This document shows, in pieces, positions 15,742 through 28,899 of a stretch of 64,000 nucleotides of DNA (positions are counted from its first letter, which is position 1; each line of letters opens with the position of its first letter). A model generated the notes under the pieces. It was given only the letters and a program-made list of their open reading frames with translations, made no database searches and was not told where the DNA came from. Source of the DNA: the human T2T-CHM13v2.0 reference genome, Homo sapiens; NCBI RefSeq assembly GCF_009914755.1, contig NC_060934.1. One strand, written 5' to 3'. A program made the position numbers and the translations under genes.

Positions 15742-16400
15742 TTGATAATTGAGAAGATGGCTAAAGGTTGAGCAGAAGTCAGTTAAACTAATGGGGTGAA
15801 ACTGAATACTCCCAGGAGGGGATATTTCTGCTTTAAAGCTTTTCCTAATAATTTATTGGCTTTCCAACAGCACCCCCAATCTTACTTAGAACATAGTAAT
15901 TAATATGTATTAAAATAACTGTTTTTCTTAATTTTATAATTTTAGAAGATATTAATAAATTTGAAGCCTAAATTTGAAGTAGAATAATGAAACAAACTTT
16001 AAAAAACTACAAAAATTTTAGTGAATGCACTGTAGCAAGCACGTACATAGTTCTACCTATTACAGCATGTTATTTGCACAACTATGCAATATGTACTCAG
16101 GTCCTGAGGAAGGGGAAATAACAAGGCAAATTTGAGGAGCTGATACTCAGGAAAGATGAGAACAGAGAGTAAGAAGAAAACAATAATGTAAATTGACAGG
16201 TGAAATGGGTAGGTCGCAAACCAAGAAATTTCCTGAAAGCTGCACTAAAAGTTTGTTCTTCTTTGTGAGAAAAATGATAAATCAACAATATCTAAGACTA
16301 AATGTCTAAGGAATGACATTAGCAGATTTATATTTTATAAAGATTACTCAGGCAACATGGATAGAAAGTAAAAAGGGATCCAAAGGAGAAGAAGTAAAGA

Positions 16401-16450
16401 TTCTATTCTATTCTGTGCTATCCTGTCCTGTCCTGTCGTATCCTATTCTA
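16401..16450. repeat. Degenerate pentamer microsatellite (CTATT)/(CCTGT)
   Basis: ttctattctattctgtgctatcctgtcctgtcctgtcgtatcctattcta. Confidence 0.7.
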
Positions 16451-17444
16451 ATGTTTGTGAGAATGATGACAGTAATTCCTTAGGCTGTAGTGGTAGAGAC
16501 AGAGGAAACTACATGAAATTCGGAGATATTTTAAAGGTAAAACGGGTGGAATTTTGTGTAATACCGTGGGCCTAAGTTGTAAGAAGATGCAGTTATTAAG
16601 CATGATTCATGAATTTGTGGTTTGTGCAACTAGACATTTAGTGGTACTATTTACTGAACTAAAAAAAAGAACCCTAAAGTGGAAGAATGAGGAATAGATT
16701 ACCAATTAGGGTTTGTACATGTTGGGTTTGCAATCCCAAAAAGATTTTCAAGTGGTGACCTCAGTAAGGCCGTTACGTATATTAATGACTTTTAGAGGAG
16801 AGGAGGAAAGGTCTGGACTAATAACATACATTTGAGGGTTGCCTGTGATTATATTACAATTAAATTATTTAAAGTGGAAGAGACAATGAGAAAGCATATG
16901 TTAAGAAAATAAGACTAATGACTGGGTATTAAAAAAATCCAATATTTAACATTTGGTCAAGAATGAGGAGGTTGCAAAAAATCCTGGTCAAAATCTAAAT
17001 AAAGATTGATCAAGAGATATTAGAGAAATAAGGAACTCTGTATTTTCATTAAAATCTAAGCACAATTACAATTTCAAAATTTAATTATCCTTATTTCAAA
17101 ATAAGGAAAATGAAGATCACCAACTTTAAATTCAAGTTTGGGTTAGATATAATGTTTTAGAGTTATTATTTGAACACAGTATTTTTTATTATTTCAAAAT
17201 CAGTGTTATTCCTGTTACAGGTATATGAACATTAAAAAAAAACCTTGAAAATAATATGGAATGTGTAGTATCAGATAGTATTTTTTTTCATTTTTTCATC
17301 ACATCTTTTATTTTTTGGTAGGATATTATTACAAACACAAGTGAGATCACGCATTCTATCAGATTCATTTTTCTTTCTCCTCAGAGAAAATTACCATTCT
17401 GAAATTGTGAGTTATCCTTCCCGTTCACACTTCTTTTCCAAATT

Positions 17445-19340
17445 CATTCATTTAAATTGACAGATAAAATTCTATGTATGTATTATATGTAACCTAATGT
17501 CTTGGAGCATATATGCATTATGGATAGGTTAAATCCAGCTAATTAACATATGAATCACTTTACATAGTTATCATTTTTGTGATAGTAAGACAGTATTTAC
17601 TCTTCTAGCATTTTCTTTCTTTCTTTTTTTTTTTTTTTTTTTTTTGGTATTTTTTCTTCCAGCATTTTCAAGAAGGCAATATATCATTAGTCTCCGTAGT
17701 CACCATATTGAACAACAGGTCTGTTAAAATCATTTCTTCTATCTAACTGTAATTTTATATCCTTTAACCAGTATCTCCCCAGCTTTTCCCCCTACACACA
17801 CACCAGCTGCCCCAGCTTCTGGTAACCACCATTCTACTCTTTATATGAGATAAACTTTTTAAAGATTTCATGTATGAGTGAGATCCTGTGGTATTTGTCT
17901 TTCTGTGCCTGGCTTATTTCACTTAGCATAGTGTCCTCCAGATTCATCCATGATAGGATCTCCTTCCTTTTTAAGACTGAATAGCATTCCCTTGTGTATA
18001 TATATAATATTTTCTTTATCCACCAATCTGTTGAAGGATACATCAGTTGATCCCATATCTTGTCTATTATAAATAATATTGCAATGAACATGGGAGCTCA
18101 GAGATATCTCTTTGATATACTGATTTCATTTCTTTGGCCTGTATACCCAGTAGGGAGATTGCTGAATCATGCTGAATCATATGATAGTTATATTTTTAAT
18201 TTTTGAAGAACCGCTATACTGTTTTTCATAATGGCTGTACTAATTTTCATTCCCACCAACAGTGGACCAGAGTTCCCTTTTCTCCATATCCTCTCCAAAA
18301 TTTGTTATCTTCTGTATTCTTGGTAATAGCCATTCTAACATGTATGAGGCAATATCTCATTGTGGTTTTAATTTGCATTTCCCTGATGATTAGTGATGTT
18401 GAGCATTTTTTCATACATCTGTTGGCCATTTGCATGTCTTCTTTTGAGACATGTGTATTCAGTTCCTCTGCTTATTTTGCATTTGTCTTGTTTCCTTGAT
18501 ATCGAGTTATATGTGTTTCTTACACTGGATATTAATCCTTAATCAGATATATGGTTTGCAAATATGTCCTCCCATTGTAGGTTGTCTTTTCACTCTTTGG
18601 TTGTGTCTTTTGTTCCGCAAAACCTTTTTAGTTTGATGCAATCTCATTTGTCTTTTTTGCTTTTGTTACCTGTGCTCTCAGAGTCATATCAAAAAAACAT
18701 ATTGCCCAAACCAGCATCAGTAAGTTTTCCTTTTATGTTTTCTAGTACTTTTACAGTTTCAAGTCTTCTATTTAAGTCTTTAATTCATTTTGAATTGACT
18801 TTTGTATATGGTGTAAGATAAGGATCCAATTTCATTCTTTTGCATGTGGATATCTACTTTTCCTAACACCTTTATTGAAGAGACTGTCTTTTCCCTGTTG
18901 TGTTATTGGGACCCTTGTTGAAAATCAATTGACTATAAATGCATGGATTAACTTCTGGGATCTCTCTGTATTCTGTTCCTTGGAGTAAATATCTTTTTTT
19001 CTTTTAAAAAATGCCAGTACTATGCTGTTTCAGTTACTCTAGCTGTGTAACATAATTTGAAATCAGGTAGTATGATGACTTTTAGCTTTGTTCTGTGTTG
19101 CTCAAGACTGCTTTAGCTATTTGGAGTCTTTAGTAGTTTCATATAAATTTTAGGATTTTAAAAAATATTTCTGAGAAAAATCTCATTAGAAATCTGATAA
19201 GGATTGCATTGAATCTCTAGGTCATTTGGGTATAATAGACATTTTAACAATATTGATTTTTCAGATCCGTAAGCCAGAGATATTTATTTGTGTCTTCTTC
19301 AGTTTTTTTAATCAATGTTTTTTAGTTTTCATTATACAAT
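17445..19340 (-). mobile_element. L1MA (L1MA6-8-like) 3' 1.9 kb
   Basis: L1MA 3'UTR (gctaattaacatatg..tagtcaccat..tctaactgtaattt) followed by antisense ORF2 C-terminus; ORF 18247..18435 MQIKTTMRY.. is the L1 ORF2 C-terminal segment. Confidence 0.88.
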
Positions 19341-19526
19341 GGATCATGGGAGTTTAAAACAATTACATACTTTCGATTTTTTTTGTTAAAACTCCCATTT
19401 TGTGCATCATAGAATGTACTTCCCTAAAAATGAAATGAATTTATAAGGAACAGGAACATATTTCCTCATTCCTTTTAATTCCCTCTTCAGTATTTTTGTC
19501 GTCATGTTAGGGTCAGCAAATATCTG

Positions 19527-20219
19527 TGTTACTGGCAGTGAATCCATATCGGTCTGCGACAGCCTCAATTCTTGCCTCATCAGAAGAAAGAATTCAACTG
19601 AGGGCCATAAGGCAGAAAAAGGGACTAAGGCAAGTTTCAGAGCAGGAGTCAAAGTTTGTTAAAAAGCTTTAGAGGAGGAAAGAAAGGAAAGTACACAAGT
19701 ACACAAGTGGCCACTTTGGAGGTCAAGTGCGGAGTTTGACCTTTTGACTTGTGGATTTATATGTTGGCATATTTCCAAGGTCTTGCATTCCTTTTCCTAT
19801 GATTCTTTTCCTATGATTCTTCCCTTAGGGTGAGCTGCCCACATGCATTGTGCCCTTCTTGCACTTGGGAGGGGAGCATGCACAGTGTGTTCAGGAATCA
19901 TGTTGTACACATGCTCACTTCCCTTTCTGGTGGAATGCCCCTGGATGGTCATACTCTGCCATTTTGTCTTTTAATATGCATGGTCAAGCCCACTCTTTCA
20001 ATTCCTGAGATTTTATTGGGAGCCACCAGTTACCAATTTCAAGTGTTTTTATCTATTAGGAAATTGCCTTCCCCTCATACTGGCTGTGACCAATTATCAT
20101 TTTTAGAAAGGCAGGGTGACAACTGCTGAACCATCTGCTGATGGTTGCTTGACATTCCTGGTGGGTGCCGGGAGCCCTCTCCTGCCCTGACCGTGCCTGA
20201 CTAGCTACCTACTATAACA
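19527..20219 (-). mobile_element. MER50-family (ERV1) solo LTR
   Basis: Reverse complement starts TGTTATAGTAGGTAGCTAGTCAGGCA..GGGCAGGAGAGGGCTCCC..CCAGGAATGTCA; TG..CA termini. Confidence 0.85.
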
Positions 20220-20452
20220 ACCACACTATGTATTTTGTAGTTCGGTACATTTTAATTTTTCCCTGAAATATTTTAGCCACACATTTCAATATCCCAGTAT
20301 TACTTTATATTTTTGTCACTTGTAATTGTGGTTGTGTTTTTACTATTAATAATACAAATACAATAATATAGTATTCAAAGGTTAACAAATGTAAAACATG
20401 TGGTTTCAAAACTTAATTTAAATCGGGTTAATGAGTATTTCAATTTTCACTA

Positions 20453-21684
20453 TGTAAACCGAAAGTAAAATTCTAATAAAATTTATAAGGAACCAACCAA
20501 CCGACCAACTGAATGGACCCTCCTGTCAGCCAAGGGGATTCCAAAGAAACTTGAAAAACTAGTACAGGTCATGATGGGAAGAGGGGGCCAGACATACCAC
20601 ATCGCACCCTCTTCCTTTTAGAGTTTAGACACAACTGAGCAGCATTAACATTAAAATATACATCCTAAGACTGACATAACAGACTCTTTGTAGCAATAAG
20701 AAACCAACTCCAACCTGACTCTGGAATAACATCACATGATAGATGACAGGCCCTAAAAGAAACCAAAGTATTTTACCCCAAAATATATTTCTTTGACATA
20801 TTTTGGAATGGGCCTACAAAGCCATCTCTTGTGGGGAAAATTTACATCTTATAGAGAACCTCCCTTCCCTTTCTAGGTTGTTTCCTGATACCGGAGAGAT
20901 TTAACTAATAGCCTGACACCTTTTAAGATCTGTTAAGAAGCCAGGTGCGGTGGCTAACCCCTGTAATCCCAGGACTTTGGGAGCCAAGGCCGGTGGATCA
21001 TCTGAGGTCAGGAGTTCGAGACCAGCCTGGTCAACATGGCGAAAGCTGTCTCTACTAAAATTACAAAAATTAGCTGAGTGTGTTGGTGCGCACCTGTAAT
21101 TGCAGCTACTCAGGAGGCTGAGGCAGGAGAATCGCTTGAACCCGGGAGTCAGAGGTTGCAGTGAGCCGAGATCACACCATTGCACTCCAGTGTGGGTGAC
21201 AGGGTGAGACTTCATCAAAAAAAAAAAAAAAAGATTTGATAAGAAACGTTTACCATCTATTCTCTGAAGTTGGCTACCTGAAGACCTCATCTACATATCT
21301 ACATAACAAGAAACTTGGCTTCCACAATTCTCCTTATCTTCACCCCAAGCAATTTTTTCTCCTTACTTCAACTCTTTAGACTAAACTCTTTCCACCCAAC
21401 TGCCAATCGGGAAATCTTGAAATCCACGTAGGACCTGAAGTCCACTCCCCCACCCCCACCAATTCCCATGATGCCCTTTGAGATGCACCACCCTTCCAGG
21501 CCAAACCAATGCATACTTTACATGTATTGATTTATGTCTTTGCCTGTAATTTCTGTCTCCCTAACCCAACCACTGGGGCGCATGTCCTCAGGATTTCCTG
21601 AGGCTGTGTCATGGGTCATGACTCTCACATTTGGCTCAGAATAAAACTCTTCAAATATTTTACAATTTGGCTTTTTCATCAACA
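20453..21684 (+). mobile_element. MER4B/D-like (ERV1) solo LTR interrupted by an Alu
   Basis: Starts tgtaaaccgaaagtaaaattcta, contains cagactctttgtagcaataag and tattttaccccaaaatatatttc, ends aataaaactcttcaaatattttaca..caaca; imperfect TSD acta/acga. Confidence 0.87.
20940..21230 (+). mobile_element. AluSx/Sz nested in MER4 LTR
   Basis: Full dimer with A-tail; TSD aagat(c/t)tg(t/a)taagaa at 20925-20939 and 21231-21245. Confidence 0.94.
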
Positions 21685-21799
21685 ACGATCTCATGGTTAA
21701 ATTTTATAGGGATTCTTTTCTAAGTGACATTTTCTTTTGCATGGAAAGGAGGATAAACTGTACACTTTTGATCAGTAAGGAGATTGTCAGATAACTAAT

Positions 21800-21935
21800 C
21801 AAATATCAGAGGTGGAAAGGGTCTTACTATTCATATTGCCTGAATACATTATTTTATATTTGTGGATACTGAGAAACAGACAGCAAAGTGATTTGCCCAA
21901 AGACCTGTAGTGATGAGTACCAGAATTTGGATATG
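21800..21935 (-). mobile_element. MIR fragment
   Basis: cattattttatatttgtggatactgaga..aagtgatttgcccaaagacc is the antisense MIR core. Confidence 0.55.
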
Positions 21936-22619
21936 TGTAGAGCAAGTATGATCTGAAATTCTCTTAGACATTTGTTTCTACAAATTTATCTGTTCTTTTT
22001 AGTTTGACATTTTTTCTTTGAAATGTTTTACCATTAGAAATCAACTTTCAAAATAATACATATAACAAATATATAAATATTTACACATACATACATATAC
22101 ACACATACACGTGGCTTATGTATAACATCCTATAAAAATAAAAACTAAAATACAAAATCATCAGAAAATGCTTAATAATGTGTTTTAAAAGAATATCCTT
22201 TAATCACTTTTTTTTCTATTTCTGTAAGTAAAGCTGGCTGGAAGAGATAGTAATACATTAATACACTAATTTAATCCACTAAAATGTTAGATTAAAAAAT
22301 AAAAGCACATTTCAAAAGTCTTTGAGATAAAACAGATGTGAGTTGGAAAATAAGCAGAATAAAGGGAAGCTAATTTATCTAACTAAAATTAATATGAAAT
22401 GCAATTTTAATGGAAAGAACCATTTAAGGAACTCAGAGGGAAATAAATTTGATAACCTCATAATAACAACAGGAGTCCAATTACTAATGTAAAAATAAAT
22501 CAGTAAATAATCAACCATTGCGTTAATCTCATGAACTAAATTATCACTTTTTGCACACAGAAACTCAAGTAATATTGTATGACCCAATTTTAATTCAAAC
22601 AATTTATTCAAGAAATAGT

Positions 22620-25490
22620 TATCTTGGTTTTGGGTTAGGATACAGAAATTTATGAGACTGTCACTTTCATCCTAATAGACAGATAACCTTTAAAATCAGA
22701 GTTTCATTATTGTCTGTGGGTTGTGTGTGCATATGTGTGTTGTTTTTCCTATTAGACGTAAAGAAATTTAAATAAACCAAATTCCCGGAAAGTGATAAAC
22801 ACTTCCTAGAAAAACAAACACACCAAGAAAACCCCCAAAGCAAATGGATGGGTGGTAGAATGAAGAGAAATGTACCATAGACAAGGTCAGGAAAAATAGA
22901 CCTTTTAACAAACTTTTAATAGATTTTTGTGGGCTGACACAATGTTTCTATCCTACTACATTTGACTGCCAACTATTTTTCTTCATTGCCTAGGTTAATA
23001 TGCCAAACACTGGGCCACAGCACTAAGTTGTACAGAGCCTGATGAAGCCTTGAAGGAAGCCAGGAGTTCAGAGATAAACTCCTCTTAAACCCATAAGATT
23101 TTTGCCAATGGTAACATAGAGGCTGTGAAGGCTAAAGCTTGAGTAAGAGAACTGTGAAAAATCACCCCAAGGTTCTCTAGACAGTCATTGAGTGTACTCT
23201 ACAAGCCCTCCAATGGTAAGAAGCAGGGAAAAAATAGATGAGAAAAGATATTCTGACATGCAGAATGTCTCTGGAAGGACTGGAGAGTAAAGAGAACTCC
23301 AAAGTGACCCGAAAAGTTGGAAGTGAGGCTGGGAAGCAGAGAAAGAAAGAGAGAAAGAGAGCGAGAGAGGGACAGAGAGAGAGAGAGAGATGATATAATT
23401 AAGATAATAACTTGGTTATTAACCACAGAGACCTGTGAGAACTTGCGGTGTTCAGATCTTGAGTTCTCCTGAAGAAAAGCTCCTAATCTCATACTCAAAT
23501 TATTTGAAACCAATGGTATAGTGAAGCTAACAAAAGCTGCATCAAAAACCAGACTGAGTTCTATTATAGCCCATTACCCTTACAGAGCCTTACATATTTG
23601 TGTGCCTTTGTCTGAGAGTAAATGTCATACACTTCAATCTCCACAGTTATTTCCTACACAATATTTGTCATACATTAAAATTTCTGAGACATGACAAGAA
23701 GCAAGAAAATGTTGCCTTTGTTTGAAAAAATAATTCAGTGCAGCAAATCAAGAAATGGCTCAATGTTGGGATTATTAGGCAGAGATCTTATAGCAACTGT
23801 AATAAATGTTTTAAAGAATCAACTGGAAAAAATATGTGAAGAAATGGGAAATTTCAGCAGACAGATGATAATTATCAGAGTAAGGAAAGTGGAAATGTTA
23901 CAAATGAAAAAAATGCTATTAGAAACGAAGAACTCATTTGATTTGCTTAGCAACAGAGGAAAGATCAGTGAGGTTAAATATAGATTTTTAGAAATAATCC
24001 AAAGTAAAATACAAAAGACATGAGTGTCTTATTTATTCTGGATATTAACCCCTCGCCAGATGTATGAAGTATTTTCTCCCATTCGTCTCTTCACTCTGTT
24101 GATTATTTTCTTTGTTGTGCAAAAGCTTTTTATTTAATACAATCCCATTTGTCTATTTTTGCTTTTTTTTTTGCCTGTGCTTTTGAAATCTTATCTAAAA
24201 AGTCCTTCTCCAGTCCAATGTCTTGCAGTATTTTCTCTATGTTTTCATCAAGGTAAAAGGCCTTACTAGATGTCTCTCAAAAGAAGACATACAAATGGCC
24301 AATAGGTATATGAAAAAAAATAGTAAACATCACTAATTATAAGAAAAATGCAAATCAAAAGCACAGTGAGATATCACCACTCCAGATAGACTGGCTATTA
24401 TCAGAAAGAGAAAAGATAACAAATGTTGATGAGGATGTGGAGAAATAGAAACCCTTACACACAGTTGGTTGGAGTGTAGTTAGTATAGCTGTTAAGGAAA
24501 ACAGTACAGAGATTTCTTGAAAAATTAAAAAATAGAACTACCACATAATCCAGCAATCTAGTTTTCTAGCTATGTATCCAAAGTGAGTAAAATCAGTATA
24601 CTGAAGAGGCATCTGCACCTCCATGTTTTTACTGCAGCGCTATTCACAATGGCCAAGACATTGAATCAACTGTCTCCAACAACAGATGAATAGATTTCAA
24701 AATGGTTTATCTGTACAAAGACATACTATTCAGTCATTTAAAAAGGGAAATCCTGTCATTTGTGACAATATAGATAAACCTGAAGAACATGATGTTCAGT
24801 GAAATAAGCCAGACACAGAAAGACAAATACTGCATAATTTCACTCATATGTGGAATCTTAAAAAGTTGTTTTTATACAATTCATGAATAAAACTGTTTGC
24901 CAGAGACTGGGGATGACATGGAGCAGGAGAGAGAAGGAAAGGTTGGTCAATAGGTTTAAAGTTACAACAGAGAAGAAGAATAAGTTCTGATTCCCTTTCA
25001 CACAGTAAGGTGACTGTAGTCAACAATAAGTTGTGGTATATTTCAAAATAGCCAGGAAATAAGATTATGGATGTTCCTACCATAAAGAAATAATAAATGT
25101 TTCAGGTGATAGATATGTTAATTTCTCTGAATTGATCATTACCAGTGGGTTCATGTATCAAAACATCCCATGATAGCCCATAAATATGTACAAGAACCAA
25201 GTGTCACTTAAAGAAAAAAGACCTAAGAGTGAAAATAGAAAACGAGTTTTTGACACAGTGTCTCTACATATGAATAATTACATATTCTGAGGAACAATAT
25301 CAATGTTTCTACCTATGAGTAATTAATGTCTCAGAAGAAGAGAAAGAATGGGGTAAAGAAACATTTGAAGTAATAGTGGTTGAGAATTTTTGAAAATTAA
25401 AGAAAATGATCATTTCAGAGATCCAAGAAGTTCAGTAAAACCTAAGCAGAGCACAAATGGGCAAGAAAAAAATAAATTTTAAAACATTCT
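22620..25490 (+). mobile_element. Old L1 (L1M) 5'UTR/ORF1 remnant, interrupted by a younger L1MA
   Basis: ORF 23691..24023 (..KNSFDLLSNR..ISEVKYRFLEIIQ) resembles the L1 ORF1p coiled coil; ORF1 resumes at ~25230 (gagatccaagaagttcag). 5' boundary is approximate. Confidence 0.6.
24026..25220 (+). mobile_element. L1MA (L1MA4/5-like) 3' fragment with 5' inversion (24026-~24250 is minus strand)
   Basis: Antisense ORF2 block abutting a sense ORF2 C-terminus plus L1MA 3'UTR (aataagttctg..ggtgactgtagt..cccataaatatgtacaa). Confidence 0.82.
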
Positions 25491-25559
25491 TAAAGTTTAC
25501 TAGGGAGCCATTATGCTAGTATAGAAAATCTGTAGACTACATCTGTGAGTAAAGTTTGT

Positions 25560-27525
25560 AAACATCTATAAATCCTTTTCCATAGGGTTCAATGGGTAAT
25601 CACAAAGAAGAACGGGGCAGAGCTAGAGAACAGAGAGAACGCTTTTTGTGACTCAAGTGTGCAGAAGGTAATCAACTCTTCCTAAGGATCAGGTATGGAA
25701 ACAATCTGGTTCCCTAAACTCTTCTTTCATATGAATCAATTTGTTTTTTAATGCTAAGGTGTCAGCAAACCTCTCATCCTCAAGTCCAACACAATGATCT
25801 ATTATTTTGGGGGAAGGTGATGCAGCAACCTCCCCCCCTCCCCCACTTCTGGGAGATGAGGTATAAAACTTTATTACCCTTAGAACTCAGAAAAAGGTCC
25901 ATTGTTTCTGGGGAAATAAATAAGCAAAAGTACTTTAACCCATAAGGAATGGTCAAGACAATCTCTTGGACCCAGGATTTTGCATGATTTCGAAGCAGAG
26001 TTTTGCTACCACTTGGAGAGGGGCAATAAAGACTCTCTCACACAGGATTTTCCACAAATAGAAGACAGATTTTTGCTATAAGGAGAGTGATAAATACTCT
26101 CTAGAAAGAAACCCTATGTCTAAGGAAAAGACATATTGGGCCTGCCTAAAACTTGGCTTGTCCAGAAGAAAAGAGAGTCCTCTGCACCCCTCATAATCCT
26201 AGTATTGAGCAACAAGTACTCCTAGGGTAAGAGCAAGAGTTTTGAGTTTGTGTTCATTGCGGAGGTCTATGATGACTGTTAAAAGCCCTGAGGGTGGGGC
26301 AGAAATACACAGAACAATTATTCAACACATCATGCCCTCTCCTAGCATGAGTAACAGCAACTTTCTTCTAAAGATGATGATAACGACAATAATACCCAAA
26401 CCCTTCTCAACTCCTGATTAGAACAATTCATGTCTGACACTAATGACCTCACTGAAAAAGACCTATGCAAATATTCAGGCATAAATAGTATTTATCTATG
26501 TTACTACTGATATCCTACAAAGGATTTTGGACAGTTAATTAAAATATATAAAAGAGACTAAAAAAGCAATAATAAAATCCAACAATGCTACCAGATAAGC
26601 AACCAGGAACAACATAGTTAAACATGTCACACATGTTGGAAATAACAGACAGAGACATTCCAATAACTATGCCCAATATGTTTATCTATTTAAAGAAAAA
26701 TGTCAAAATCATTTATGAACAGATAAGACACTTCAATAGAGATGGGTAATATAATAATGTCACACTGAAATTCCAGGAAAACACACACACTATGAGATGA
26801 GATGAATTCCTATACACACACACACTATGAGATGAATTCCTGTACACATACACCTACACACACAGTATGACATGAAATATTCCCATAATGAAGTTTCCAG
26901 TAGAATGGAAAACACTAAGGAGAGCATCATTCATCTTAAATATATATCAATAAAAGTTATCAAACTGAAACAACAAAAGAAAAATGTGAAAAACAAAGAA
27001 GATAGCATCTACAAGCTTTGTCACTATATCAAATGGCCTAACATATATGTAAGTGAACTCTTGGAAGGCAAATAGATATAGAGAAGAAGAAATATAAAAA
27101 AGAGAAATAACTAAGAACTTTAGCTAGCAAAGTAGATTAAATACAACTATATAAGAAATTTTATTAGTGTAATGGTTGAACACCCTGATTAAAAATAAAG
27201 ACATTTTCAAAAAAAGATAAATATATACTTTCAACAGGACACTTATTGTAACTTTAAAAACCTAAGTAAGTTAAAAATCGAAGATTATAAAAAGACATTC
27301 CATGCTAACAATAATCAAAAGAAAGCTGGACTGGCTATATTAACCATATGACAAAGTAGACCTTAGAATTAAAAGTATCACTAAGACTAATGGGGTACGG
27401 TATATATAAGTAACAAGATCAGTTCACCAGGAAAATTTAAGATCTTAAAAATGTGTAAAAGAACTGAGAGAATTGAAAGAAGAAATAGAAAAACAGAAAT
27501 ATAAAAAGAATTTAAACTCCTTCAA
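25560..27525 (+). mobile_element. Old L1 5'UTR/ORF1/endonuclease-region remnants
   Basis: ORF1-like 26600-27100 (ORF 26872..27075) and endonuclease-domain-like ccatgctaacaataatcaaaagaaagctggactggctatatta..gacaaagtagac. Confidence 0.55.
26781..26880. repeat. ~30-bp imperfect tandem repeat [(AC)n-tatgagatgaattcct]
   Basis: Two clear copies and one degenerate copy. Confidence 0.75.
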
Positions 27526-27534
27526 TATTTTTCA

Positions 27535-27656
27535 CTTTAATTGTATGTTGAAATAATAATATGATAGAGCTATGATGTTAAAATATATTATTAAAACTAA
27601 TTTTACCTTTTTTATGACATCTGTGGATCACATCATATTTTTATTGAGTGGTGCTG
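27535..27656 (-). mobile_element. MER33 (hAT-Charlie) fragment
   Basis: atgttgaaataataat..aaaatatattattaaaactaattttacc..catcatatttttattgagtggtgctg matches the antisense MER33 5' end. Confidence 0.65.
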
Positions 27657-28101
27657 CATTAGAGTAACTAAACAATTGTACATTAGAACACATTTGGTTA
27701 GAACCTATGAACAACAATCTAATTCTGGGGTATTTCACTTGGTATTCACTGCCTTATACTGTGATGCAATCTATAGAAAGAGATTACAATGCAAAAATAT
27801 GGAAAACTGTTTACAAAGGGTTACATCAATGGTATGTTTAAAACATTTCTGTGATTTCCAAGCCTTTCTGTGCTCAATATGAACTCAATATAAACCAAAA
27901 ATGACAGTAAATGGATTATTTAAAACTTGAAATGACTTGAATTATATATTTTTAACTGATTATTTTTTTAAATGGTGAGTACGGTAAGTTTGTATGTTTA
28001 TTTTTTAACTGTCCTTTATTTCAAAAATTACTCTGTGCATTGTAAAAAAGAAAAAGAAAACAAGGTATGAAAACTTTTTTTGGAGATGAGATAAGGGAGA
28101 T

Positions 28102-28177
28102 ACAAAGAAAATATAGATGGGTATGTTAGATGAGGCTAGACAAAGAAAATATAGATGGGTATGTTAGATGAAGCCAG
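28102..28177. repeat. 38-bp direct tandem duplication
   Basis: acaaagaaaatatagatgggtatgttagatga(g/a)gc(t/c)ag twice, 2 mismatches. Confidence 0.95.
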
Positions 28178-28851
28178 TGATAAAATTTAGCTCTCAAGGT
28201 ACATGTCAGATCATGTAACTTGTCAACAGTAGGTCAAAATTTGACTTTCTATTTTCTAGCCACTCTAGAAAAGAGAAAAATGCATTGATTTACAAGATCC
28301 ACAGTGTGAAAACAAAAATGAAAATAAATTAAAAAAATAAAACTTGCTCAGACTATTAAAGACTTAAAGAAAGATGTTTCTTTGTTTTCTGTAGGGTGCT
28401 ATGTAATGAGTAAACATGGCAATAAAATTCTTACCATAAATGCATAAACCAATATCAAAAAGCTATCTGCCAATAAACTATTTGATGTATATCTTCTGTA
28501 TAACAACACAGCTCAATTTCATAAAATCCAGTCAACAAGAGAGCTAAATAATTCTTTCTGAACACATATATCATGATCTGGTATAATGCAAGTATACAAG
28601 ATAAGCTATTTACAGAGAATAATGAATTTCAGATCACACAGGTAATCTTTATATTGATCACTGACTATGTGTTTGGTTAGTATTAAGCAGCATAAAAGTT
28701 GTAGTTAAGAGTTGCCAAAAGATAGCTGGGAGTGACACCATTTCAGTTTTCCAATTTATTAATATGGAACTAGAATTAACATTCTCTAATAAAAATGGAA
28801 ATATCTGCCAGAATAGGCAGTATATATATGTGGTTTTGGGTCAGTTATAGA

Positions 28852-28852
<1 letters not shown>

Positions 28853-28886
<34 letters not shown>
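28853..28886. repeat. (AC)17 microsatellite
   Basis: Perfect AC run. Confidence 0.97.
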
Positions 28887-28889
<3 letters not shown>

Positions 28890-28899
28890 TGTATATATG

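Larger units (their letters stand above)
14990..17060 (-). mobile_element. L2 (L2a-like) fragments, interrupted by an MLT1 LTR
   Basis: ctgccctccctggagatt; gcagatttatattttataaagattactc; gagatattttaaaggtaaa; gtggtactatttactgaa; tttgtacatgttgggtttg are antisense L2 motifs. Confidence 0.6.

Noticed and set aside
26781-28177. Short direct repeats as a CRISPR-like array
   Set aside because: Only 2-3 adjacent copies, no unique spacers, no cas genes, and a primate context.
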